From Felis catus (lineage: Eukaryota), in contig NC_058383.1 of assembly GCF_018350175.1 (NCBI RefSeq), positions 9,302,001 to 9,366,000 on the forward strand: DNA of 64,000 nucleotides, read 5' to 3'. Position numbers and translations under genes: made by a program. Positions 21,997-33,300 of the stretch are shown here, one piece after another; the first letter of the stretch is position 1, and each line of letters opens with the position of its first letter. The notes beneath the pieces are model-generated. The model saw only the letters and a list, made by a program, of their open reading frames with translations, did not search any database and had not been told where the DNA came from.

Positions 21997-24989
21997 AGGT
22001 AAAATTTGTTTGTTTTATTTTTGTTTTTCCCTTCAGCCTCAGTTGAACCCCCCCCCTCCTCCCCCCAAACACCCATTGTCCTGCTGGCCCATGCGGTCAC
22101 GTGTGTCCCCAGCTCCCAGGGCAGCCCTGCGGAGATAGGAAGATGAAGTCAACTGCATTCCCACCACAGATGCAGGTTGCAGTTGATCTGGCCACCTTTT
22201 CCAAAGCCAGCCTTCCAGCAGTGGGCCAGGTCCAGACTGAAGCCCCACAGGTCTGTCCCCTCCTTTGTTCTGGAAACGCTGCTTCTGAAGATACAACCAA
22301 ATTGGCACTGACATTAGCTTTCCAGACAGCCACATCCTCCTGCAGGCTCAGGGCGAGGTGGGCGTCAGCATGTCTTGAAAGGTAAGACTCCACACTAGGC
22401 TCAAAGTAGAGTAGGCATACACACACGTGCAAGCACACGCACGCACACGCGCGCGCACACACACACCAAGGACCTATCTTGACAGAGGGGAGGCACCTCC
22501 TGAGCTATTTCCATTTCCTTTCTCCTAGGCTCCAGCTAGTTGCTAAGCAACAGGGAGGCCTTCTTCCCAGCGAGTGGGATGGGAGAGAGGGAAGGGGTGG
22601 AGGGAGGTGGGAAGAAGGGATTGGGCATGTCTGGACATCCTGGACGGGGCCTTGCCTGCAACACAACCTCCCAACACACATTCCCCTCATGGGCCTCAGA
22701 GTGATGGGGTGGGAGGTGTTCAGAGCCACAAAACCTGGAAGGTAGAGAAGGGGACAGAGTGACAGGGATGATGAGGTGGCGATGAGAACATAAGCTCATG
22801 TGTCCATCCCCCTAAATCCCAAGTCCCTGGGTTCTAGGCCAGGCTCCTCACTCCTTGCTGTGTGACCCTGAGGATGTCACTGACCCTTTCCGAGCCTCTG
22901 GTCCCTACCTGTGCCTGGGAGCATCATCCAGATTTCTCAGGAGAGGAAGGCTTTTGGGACTTTACAGACCAAACCTGTTCTTCTAACCTCTCTCTCCATC
23001 CCTAAGCCCTGCCAGCTTCCTGCCTCTGTCCTAGCCCAGCCCTGCACCCCAGCTCCACCAGGGCCTCTCCTGGGGTCACCCACAAGCATCCCACACTCAT
23101 CAAGCCCCACACAGAGCTCTGGGAGCCCTGTTCTCCACCTGCCTTGGCCATAGTGCTTGGCCCATGGGTGACCCTTCTGGCTGTTGGTCACCTGTGCCGG
23201 GAACACATGTGGAGCTTGGAGACCCCTGCTGCCCCGGCCCATCACAGCTCACCTGTCAGCAAGTTTGGTCCCCCATCCCTTCTTGGTATCACTTTCATTT
23301 ATCCACTCGCTCCCCTCCTGTTGCCACCAAAATCCAAGCCCCTCACTCTGATCTGCTGCTCCGGCATCCTGCCCGACCCCCCGCCCCCTCATCAGCAACC
23401 TGAGAGATCAGTCCAGGAGCAAATCAGACTGTGTCATGCCCTGAGTAACAGCTTCTGGTGGCTTCCGGTTGCTTAAAGTCGTGCCACGGCCTGCCTTCTG
23501 GTCTAGCTGTAACCACCCCACGGACACCCTGCCACACAGATTCCGCATCTCTCTTGTGTCCAGGCTTTTCCATTCAGTGCTCCCTTTCCCTGGGACTCCT
23601 TCTCTTCTCCTGACTCCTTTGTGTCCCCAGAGTCACCGCCCATAGGCATCACCACCTTCTCGAAGGCTTCCCTTAAACCCCGTGGCTGGTGCCGTCCTGC
23701 CAGAGCCCTTGCCGCTCACTGTTGTCACTGTGGACTCACGGGTCTGGCTCCCTCTGTGCTGGGGACAGTTTGGCTTTCAACTCCTAGTGCCAGCAAAGTG
23801 CCTGAGTGAGCGCGCGGTGCCCAGCGCACGTGGATGGAACAAACAGAAGATATCACAACACGAGGCGGGACAGAGGACTGCCTGGTATAGTCCTTAATAT
23901 GGGTTGCAAGATCCCTTCCCATTTTGCCTTACGCTGTCCTGCAACTTTATCCCTTGCTACACCTCCTCCTGCAAACAGCATCCAGCCCTTCGGCCTTGGT
24001 CATCTGTCCCCAGGCATGTGCTCACTCCTTGGTGTCCTATGGTTCCCCTCTGCTGGGATTCCATTTCCTCACTTTGCCACCTGGGGGACTTGTGTTCATC
24101 CTTCAGGGCCCAGCCCAGATGTCACCGCCTCCGGGAAGCTGTCCCTGCTTCTGAGGAAGGGTGAGTCATTATCTCCTTGTGCTCTAGCTCTGTCCTCACC
24201 TCTATAGATGACGGAAGTTCGACTTGTTCTTTGCATCTGACCCCCCTTCTGAACTGTGAGCGCTTTGGGGGGATGGATCCCTTCTTTCTGGTTCCCCAGA
24301 GCCTACCCAGCACTGGCAATGGAAGAGGTGTGCTGAGGGTATAGGGGTAAAGTGCTTAGGCCTCGGGGGAGCCAGGTTCTGAGCGATGCTGCTTTGCACT
24401 CTTTCCTTCTGACGTGGGCGTGGTGCCCTTGCCTAGAAGTTTGTTTGAGCTCCTTGAGGGCAGGGGAGGGGAAGCTGGTGGGAGCAGTGCTGAGCACACA
24501 TCTCCAGACCCCGAGCTGTTCTATCCCTAGAATCAGGAGAACGCCCGGCTAAGTAAGATTGCTGGACTGTCCAGGTAATCTTTCAGACGTGTCTCTGAGA
24601 AGTAAAAGAGAGAGGTGCATAGGCATGGGGGCAGGGACAGTCTGGATTTTCACTAGGACAGACGGTGGCTTCTCCCAGCTTCACCTGGTGAGTGGGAGGC
24701 CACTAGACAGGAATCAGAGGCAGGTGATTGGAGGACGACCCCTGAACCCCAAGACGAGGGGGCAGGCCCCTAAGAGTCATTGCACGTGAAACCCGCTTCC
24801 TTCCAAGTTGCAGTTGCTGGGCCTGCGGACCAGGGAGTTACTGCAGACACTCGGTCTCTCTGAGAGGCATTTGACATTATTTTTTATGGAATCCCTGTGA
24901 GATTGCATAAAGAGAGAGAAAGATTGCGATTTATTGGAACTAATATCCTGTTCTGCACCGTTGTAATTGGCGGATAGATTGACCTGTGC

Positions 24990-25450
24990 TCAAAGGGAGC
25001 TGATTAATGGGTTGATGTCACATTAGATGGAGGTATTTAGTGAAGGACCACAGGACAGGGCTCTTTCCTCACCCATGTCTGATCCAGTATGTTCACCACC
25101 GACTGGATGGAACATTGATAATCTGATGATCAGATTCATAGACGACAGCATGTGAGAAAGCTTCTAAATACAATCAGTTTCTTGAAGGACTCAACAGGCT
25201 GGAAAGATGGGAGGAATTGAAGAAGGTTGAGCAGGACAGTGAGAAATCCCTCACTTGGAAACTGGATCCTGAATTCACTTTCTAAAAATGGGATAGACAT
25301 AATTTAAAGCAGCGTATTTAGAAAGGATTTAGGGGTTTTTCAATGGTCACGGACCCAATTTGAGTCAGTATCATAGCGTGGTGCTAGAAGTGCGTGTTCT
25401 CTTAGGCTACATCAACAAAAACACAATGTCTAGAAGGGGGAGGTGATAAG
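24990..25450 (+). mobile_element. Ancient CR1/L3 LINE fragment (decayed reverse transcriptase region)
   Basis: Resembles recalled L3 consensus (tgattaatgg...tgtca, caggctggaaagatggg, aaaggatttaggggt, aggctacatcaaca). Confidence 0.65.
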
Positions 25451-25534
25451 AATATACAGGTGGTCAGAATCCCCATCTCGAAATACTTGAACCAAACCTG
25501 GCTGAATCTGTGGGGAAGCTTGTTAAAATGAGGT

Positions 25535-25981
25535 GGGGCTTCCAGATTTGGCAAATGAAAATACAGGATGCACAGTAAAATTAAACTAGAAATTCATGAA
25601 TTTCACATTTGGGGCATACTTATACCAAAAAAATTCCTTGTTTATCTGAAATTCAGAAATTTTTTAAGAGGGAATCTTTTTTTTTTTTTTTTAATTTTTA
25701 AAAAATGTTTACTTATCTACGAGAGAGACAGAGACAGAATGCGAGTGGGTTAGGGGCAGAGAGAGAGGGAGACACAGAAGCAGAAGCAGGCTCCAGGCTC
25801 TGAGTTGTCAGCACAGAGCCCGATGCAGGGCTCGAACTCACGAGCCGTGAGATCATGACCCGAGCCAAAGTCGGACGCTCAACCGACTGAGCCACCCAGG
25901 GGCCCCAAGAGGGAATCTTTTTTTTAATGCTTATTTATTTTTGAGAGAGGGAGAGCGAGGGTGGGGCAGAGAGAGAGAGAT

Positions 25982-26013
<32 letters not shown>

Positions 26014-26185
26014 GGAGAGGGGATCTGAGGCAGGCTCCGTGCTGATAGCAGAGAGCCCGATGTGGGGCTGGAACTCACAAACCATGACATCATGACCTGA
26101 GCTGAAGTCAAGAGTCAGACGCTTAAACGACTGAGCCACCCAGGCACCCCTGAAATTCAAATTTAACTGGGTGTCTTATATCTTA
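25535..26185. mobile_element. MER53-like hAT MITE interrupted by two nested CAN-SINEs (25678-25906 and 25918-26150, both minus)
   Basis: ccagatttggcaaatgaaaatacaggatg...gtttatctgaaattca | tgaaattcaaatttaactggg. Duplications: ctgaaattca (outer SINE) and aagagggaatctttt (inner SINE). Confidence 0.8.
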
Positions 26186-26317
26186 TATGTCTATCCTACC
26201 TGGGACCCACCCCAGACCTACTGAATCCAAGTCTCTGGGGCATTGTTAATGTTTGCCCAGTGATTCTGACAACAGACTATCTCTGGACCGGCAGTTGGGG
26301 GCTGGCGTCTAGAACAG

Positions 26318-26482
26318 CAGTGCTAAATTTTATTAGGCGTCAAAGTCACCCAGAGGGTTTGTTAAAACACAGCTTCAGAGTTTCTGATTCAGTAGGTCTG
26401 GGGTGGTGTCTGAGAATTTGCATTTCTAACAAGTTCTCGAGTGCCCTTGATGCTGTGAGTGAGTCCTCGATCACACTGAGAA
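26318..26482. mobile_element. MER5A-like hAT-Charlie DNA transposon
   Basis: cagagtttctgattcagtaggtctggggtgg...gagaatttgcatttctaacaagttc. Confidence 0.8.
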
Positions 26483-26913
26483 GAGGAAAGACCTAGACAA
26501 TCTGGGCTCCTGCAGGGAAGTCATCTAGAGCAGACTTCAGCTAAGTCCGAGACAGGATTTTTTTGTTTTTTTTCCTAGCAATCAAACCTTGAAAAAAAAC
26601 AACAACTAAGCAGTTCATTTCATCCCAGGATAAGTGAATTCCCCATCACAGGAATGTTCCAACACAAGATAGACATTATACTCGCTCAGCAAATACCCAC
26701 CCAGCATCTACTCTGGGCCTTACCCCATGAAAGTCTGGGAGCTCATGGGCTGGGTTGGGAGACCAGTGGTGTAGTGTGATCAAAGGATTCGAGGAGTTTC
26801 TGCAGCTCAACCTGGTTGGTCAGGGATGGCTTCCCAGAAGGGGTGAGGCAGGGCTGGAGACAGGGACACTAAAGCACATGAGGCCTGGACCTCAATTCAA
26901 GAAATAAATGGAT

Positions 26914-27102
26914 GCGGGCGACTGGGTGGCTCAGTCAGTTAAGTGTCTGACTCTTGATTTAGGCTCAGGTCATGATCTTATGGTTCATGAGTTCAAGCCC
27001 CATGTAGGACTCTGCACTGAGAGTGCAGTGCCTGCTTGGGATTCTTTCTCCCTCTCTCTCTGTACCTCTCCTGAAAATAAATAAATAAACTTAAAAAGAA
27101 AG

Positions 27103-27137
<35 letters not shown>

Positions 27138-27190
27138 GGAAAAGAAAGAAGGAAAAGAAAGAAAGAAAAGGAAGGAAGGAAGGAAGAAAT
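26914..27190 (+). mobile_element. CAN-SINE whose tail expanded into a (GAAA)n/(GGAA)n microsatellite
   Basis: SINE 26914-27097 followed by a pure purine tract. Confidence 0.9.
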
Positions 27191-29919
27191 GGGTAGATTT
27201 GGCGGGACCATCACTGGCTGGATGTAGGACAGGGGGAAGTGTCTTGAATGACAGTGGGTCTCTAGCTTGGAAGACCGGATGGATGGTGCAGGCCATTTAC
27301 TGTGATGGGGAGCGTGGAGGGCAAATGAGGGGTGCGTCGGGAGTGAGGAGCTTGTGGGGGTCAAGCAGGCAGATGTGGGGCCTGAGCCATAACATGTTGA
27401 GGTCCTTGGGGACATTCACACTGAGTCCTTTAGAGGTGGAGCAGAAAATGGGAAATGTTTTCTCTGCTGCTGATTGGCTGTGAGACCCCGAGGAAGTCAC
27501 TCTCCCTCTCTGGACGATGAGGACACTGGACTCAAAGGTCCCGTGGGTCCTTTCTTACTCCAGAAATCTAGGTAATGCTAACTCGTATATATACTGCCAA
27601 GCCTTCAGCCCATCCTCTTCCTGCTGATGTAGTCAGTGGTCAGAGCCACACCAGCCACCTCGAGAGCTCAGCCCCGAGGCTGTCCTCAGCACTGGGTCAG
27701 GTCCCACGGGCCAGCCACACCCATATGCACATGAAGTCATGGAACTCTAATTTAATGCCGGCGGGCAGGGGAGCATCTCCTCTCTTGCTGGCCAGGAAGT
27801 GACTCCAGGGCCAGAGCCCTGACTGAGTCCCTGGGCTTGCCTCCTTTCCTCAACCCAAGCCGGGCTCCGCTGAGGCCTGGCTGAGAACAGGATGGAACAC
27901 TTTCTGGCTGCTGGTACCTCCAAGTCCAGTTCTTCTGGTAGAGATTAAGTGAAAGTGAAGCAGCCCTTCTGTGCTGTGGGGTCCAGTCTGCTGACAGGGC
28001 TGGAGGCCTCTCAGCTAATGAGATCATCACTCACCCCAGGGCTCAGAGGGGTAGGATGCTCAGGTCAGTAGCGGCCTGGCCAGGCCTGGGAGAGGTGGCT
28101 GCAGGACACATATGCGTCTGAGGGGGAGCGTGGGCCCTGTCCTGGGGAACTCTGGTTTGATGGGGAGACAGGGTGGCTCTTTGGGAACTCATGAGCTGAG
28201 TGTCATGTGACTGAAACTCTGTGCCTCAGTTTCCTTGCCTGTAAGATGGAACTAATGATAGCATCCTCCCCAGAGATTTGCTGTAAAGGACTAACCCCTG
28301 GGAAACGGTATCACAGTGGGTGCCTAGCGTGCAACGAATACTGGTGGTTGTTGACTGTCCTCTTTTTGGACATGGTGGGTGTGAGGAATCCCCGGAAATC
28401 TGGGTGAAGATGTCTAGGAAGCCTCAGGTCAGGGGGTCTGGCACTTGGGAGCCCATAACCTGGGCCTGATTTGGGGGTTGTCATTACATCGGGAAGACTG
28501 AAACCCCAGAGTGAACCAGGGAGTTAATTGTAGAGGGAGGAGAGGGCAGAGGCCGGCCAGGGCAGGGGATGGGCACCATTCCAGGGGGCTTGCCGGACTG
28601 ACCCCAGCCGCTTTCCCTTCCCTCCCTACAGGCCACTTTTCCCCCTCCCCATCTTCTCAGCCCCCAGCACTGGGGCACCCCAAGGCAGGCCCCCAGGGGC
28701 TGCCTTTGCTCCTGGGGTTCAGAAACCTATCTGGCCCAGAGCACAGCACCCTTCTCCTGGGGGCTCGTTTCCCTGCCCCTGCGCGCCAGAGACTCACCTT
28801 CCCAGCGATAGTGCCAGGACTCAGGGCCACCACCCCCTCAAGGTACAGGCCACAGCTTCAAGCAAGCTCTAGATCCATGGCCACGCACAATTTAACCGCC
28901 ATCTTGCCAGTAAGGTCCTTCTGCTGTCTCCTGTTGGGCCAGGACAGGGATGGGGGGTAGACAAGAAGACTCTGAATTCAGAGTCAGAAGACTTGAGCCT
29001 GAATTCCAGTTCTACCGCTTCTGTCTGGGTGACCAAGGGAAGTCATTGAACCTCCCCAAGCCTCAAGTTTTCTCATCTGTAAACTGAAGACAATACTCCC
29101 TACTTGATGACGTGGTAGGATCATTCATTCTTTCAGTGACATGCTTGTTATGAAGACAGAGCCTGATTTCCATGCTGGGGGAGCAAAAAGAGAGACCAGA
29201 GAGGGCCTGTCTTTGCTGGTGATGCTCAGAGAAGGCTTCACAAAGGCAAGGATGTTTGAACTGGCCCTTTGAAGGGTGAGTCTTGTCCGTGTAAGGAAGG
29301 GGGAGCACAGGCAGGGCAAAGCACGGGCTGAGGGCAGAGACACGGCAGGGTCCAGGGACCTGGGACTAGGAGGGGCAGGATGGCATGGCCTGCATGATGG
29401 GGTGCAGGCGGGGTCTGTGAACACAGGGTGAGCCCGGTGTGTGGAGAGGGCGGTGGGGAGGGACACGCCTCCTGAGTTTCCTGGAGGAAAAAAATTTCTT
29501 GGTGGCTATCAGAAACGTGACAGACCTTACCCACAGGAAACCCAGGTGCTTAGGTTGTGAAACTGGGTCCAGGTCTTTGTGGAAGGAAGTGTGCAACAGT
29601 AATTGTGTGTCAAGATATTTTATGAAGCTGGAAAAGAAACACCATCTCCACTGTGCAGAGGAATCCAGGTGTGCCTCTAGCCTCCTCCCACCCTTGGCAC
29701 TGATGCTATTAACCCCTCCCTTCACTGTGGGGACCCTTCTCCAAACCTCCAGCCCGCAAGCATGAGCATGGGGAGGGGGGTAAAGATAATCAAGTAGTGG
29801 GTGGAACAAACTGGAAGACCTATGCTGCCCAGGCAAGAGGGTGGGGCTGGGGGCCACGGGCCACGGGGCCAGGTAACAGCACCCTCAGCTCTAGGTTCGG
29901 GTCACTCATTCGTGTCATA

Positions 29920-30360
29920 GCTATTCAGCAAGTGGCCCCTCCAGGGCTCCTCAGAGGATAAGAGATGCAGGCGAAAATGTACCGATGCCTATGATATAGC
30001 AAGATAAGTACTGGGATGGGAGATGTGGCAGAGACATCAACTGAGCTGGGGTGTGTGGGGAGGGGCATAGCTGGGAGGTCTTCCCGGAGGCGAGATCTTG
30101 AAGTGGAAGTAGGAGCTGGTGGGACAAAGAAGGGAAGGAAGGAAGTTGTGGGCACAGTGTGGGGGTGCGTGGGAAGAAGGCTTGGAGAGGAAAGAGGGAC
30201 GAGCATAGGCCTGTGCAGGGCTGAGCACAGAGGGCCAGGGGGCTGGGGGGTGGGAACCAAGGAGCTAGGATCATACCCTGCAGGCAATAGGAAGTCAGTG
30301 AAGGCTGTTGAGCTGGGGAGGTCATGGTCAGATTTGCATTTTGGAAAGCTCTCTCTTGCC
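29920..30360. mobile_element. L2 LINE fragment (similar L2-like pieces near 10500-10700, 23380-23700, 29120-29400, 31480-31760, 35880-36310, 36850-37380)
   Basis: cactcattc...tattcagcaa and ggtcagatttgcattttggaaag motifs typical of the L2 3' region. Confidence 0.55.
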
Positions 30361-33300
30361 GCCCAGTGCCCTCACTCTTGGTGATCCCTGCCCTTTGGAT
30401 GGAGCGGTCTGGCCCTAAGGGACAGCCCGATGCACATTAGCCAGGCGCAGACCAGCAAGTGGCCGAAGAGCCAGCCCGTGTTCAAGTCACCTACTGTGTG
30501 CCTTAAAACGACTTAACCTCTGTGCTCAGTTTCCTCATTCGTAAAATGGGATTCATATAAATACCTACACCCCTCCCCTGCTTAGGGGTGACGTAATTCA
30601 CCTTTAAATTAAGGGTACACAGTAAGTTCTGTGAGTAAGTGTTAACCGCTAGTTTTCCCCATAAATGATGCCAACCGGTCTAAACCACGACAGGCGTGAG
30701 TTAACCAGTAAGGCATATAGATCAGTCTAAATCAGAACGGGACCAGGTAGATGAGTACCTCTCCAAATCAGCACCAACTTGTAAAGACGGGCCAACAAGG
30801 CGGCTTTTCACAGCCAGCCACCCACTGAGACCAGTGCCTGCTGCAGCAGGAGGCCTGGGAGGAAGTACTCAGCCAGCCTGGCAACGAGAGGGTTAGCAGC
30901 GTGAGCTTCCTCCCTGCCTTGGAGCCTCTCTTGGGAGGTGCTGGCACTGCTATTTGTTACCCAACCCTCGAGAAGACGCGGCAGGGGGGAGGGAGAATCG
31001 CTGAAAGCCTTCCTTTCAATTATTCAGCAGTCAGAGCTTCCTGCTGCCCCTGTTGGAGCCAGAGGCAGGCTCTGGCTGGAGCCCCTGGGCTGGGTCTGGC
31101 TGGGTTGGGCCTGGACGGCTGGTTCTAGGAGGGGCCGGCAGCCTGGCCCGTAGGGGTGCTGGCACCACAGCCTAGGCTGCAGTGCTCACTCGTGGTCCCA
31201 CTCCGGTCCCCCCCATCCAAGCCCTGCACTGGGCCCCGGGCAGGGCTCTGAGCTGTCCCCTCCCTGCAGTCTGGGTCTGCCATGGAATGGATGCGGCCGG
31301 GCTATCTGAGTCCCTAGAGCCAGGATGGGTTGTCCAGGGCAGGCAAGGGAGGGCGGGCAAGCCTACAGTCCACAGGACAAAGCCCAGGCAGCTTAGCTGG
31401 CCCTTGGGTCCTGAACAATCTGTCCAGGTACCCTGTGTCTCAGACGCATGACACTCTGGTCCACCTAAGAACACCCTGGCCCATGCTGCTCCCTCTGCCC
31501 CGAATGCCCTTCCCTTTCCGGTTTTTTTTTTCCTGTAAGACTCTGCGCAAGCATCACCTCCTCTAGGAAGCCTTCTGCAACCTCCACTGGGGGACGCTCC
31601 TCTGCTGTGCTCTCAGAGCCTTACCCACTGGCTACTACTCTCCAGTTCTCTTCGTCCTACTGTGACTGTTTGCTCCCTGGGCTAGTGAGGGCAGTGACTC
31701 CAAGGGCTCTCCAAGGGTAACATCCATCTTTGTGTCCCTTGTGCCCAGCACAGGGCTTGGCACAAAGCAACCGAGCTGTGAACCTTTATTAAAGCATCTG
31801 TGACACTTCGCTGAAAGTCAGCCTGTGTTTGCACTGACGGGGAGCTCACTCCTTTTGTTTTTTGGGTTTTTTTTTGTTTTTACCACTGCCAGAGACCTCA
31901 GCAGGAAAGGTCCCTGGTTACTGCTCTTAGTATGCCCAGACTTTGCGTGTGCTCATGTTTTCACAGAGGTCACATTGTCATATACTTTGTAAACCTTGGA
32001 GTTTAGCTTGTCTTGAATGGATACAAAGGACTTGCCCTGGGACCCAGGCCCCTGCCTATCAGCCCAGAACCTCTGTCCTTGCTCCTGTTGGCTCTGGTTT
32101 GGGTTCCCAGGGCAGAGGATTTCGGTGACCGGTCCCTAGAGACAAGGAGGCCTCGGCCTTCTGCTCCCTACAGAGGAGCACACAGTATAGGCAATTCAGC
32201 CTAGGTGAGATCCGGTACAGACCAGTGTAGCCCAGGACAGGCCATGGAGAGCCTGAAGCTGGAGTTCAGACTGGGTACATCAACAGTGGACAGTGCGGGA
32301 ACCCACAGACCCACGCAGATCAGTATTATAGACCAGTGGACCAGAGCAGGACGTGTAATACTGGTCATTGACAATAACGCCGACCAGTTCAACCCGGAAG
32401 GCAGACATGTGTAGACCAGTGCTGAGACCACACAAACAAGGAGTTCATTAGTCTCCCTTCCCCTCACCCTAGTGGAACAAAGGAACGCATCCCACTCAGC
32501 CCACTCTACTCCTCTTCCGGGCCCTCGCTAGCCTTCGGGAGCTGCAGTCTTCAGCCAGGGAGCAGACAGTGTCCCTGTGGCTGCCTGAGTTAGAATGGAT
32601 ATCTGAGGTTCGGGCATAGGGAGCCTGAGAAAGAAGCTTTGTATGGCTGACCTGTCACTGGTGGCATGGGCTGCCAGAGAGGTGATCTCTGTGTCTTGGG
32701 GAGGGTCCAAGCCAGGTGGCCTTGGTGAGGCATCTGTGTGCCAGGACTCCCTGCTCTCTGAGGACTCTTCCTAGTTGGCCTCTGGGGCTGAACGTGGAGT
32801 GAAGTCAGAGGAGCCCGTGGGCTGACATCAGCTTCCATTATCCCCTTTGCCCCCTTCTCCCCTCAAGGACCTGATCCTTCAGGCTCACACCCAGGAGCTG
32901 GGCCGAGGAAGGGCAAGATGAGCTAGAAGCTGTGTGACCAGATCTCTTTTCCTTTTTGAGCCTCAGTTTCCCCATCTGGACAAAGTGTCAGGAGCCTGGA
33001 TACTACTGGGGCCAGGGAAGGGCTGGGCTCTGAGTCTCTGGCAGTGCAAGACTTAGAAGAATCAAAGTTGCTGGTGATGTGCAGCTCCAGGAGTAATCAG
33101 CCAGAGGGGTGTGTGCAGGACAGACAGACAAGCCCCTTCCACCCACTGGGGAGGGTGACAGGAGAAGCCAGGGCAGCTGCCTCCATTGCCCACACAATCT
33201 CATTATGGAAAATTCCCTCGATTGACTCAGCTCTAATCAAGCAGGCTGCCCTGGGCATCCCCCCCAGGTTTCTGCTGGGCCGGGTGAGATCAAAGAGAGA

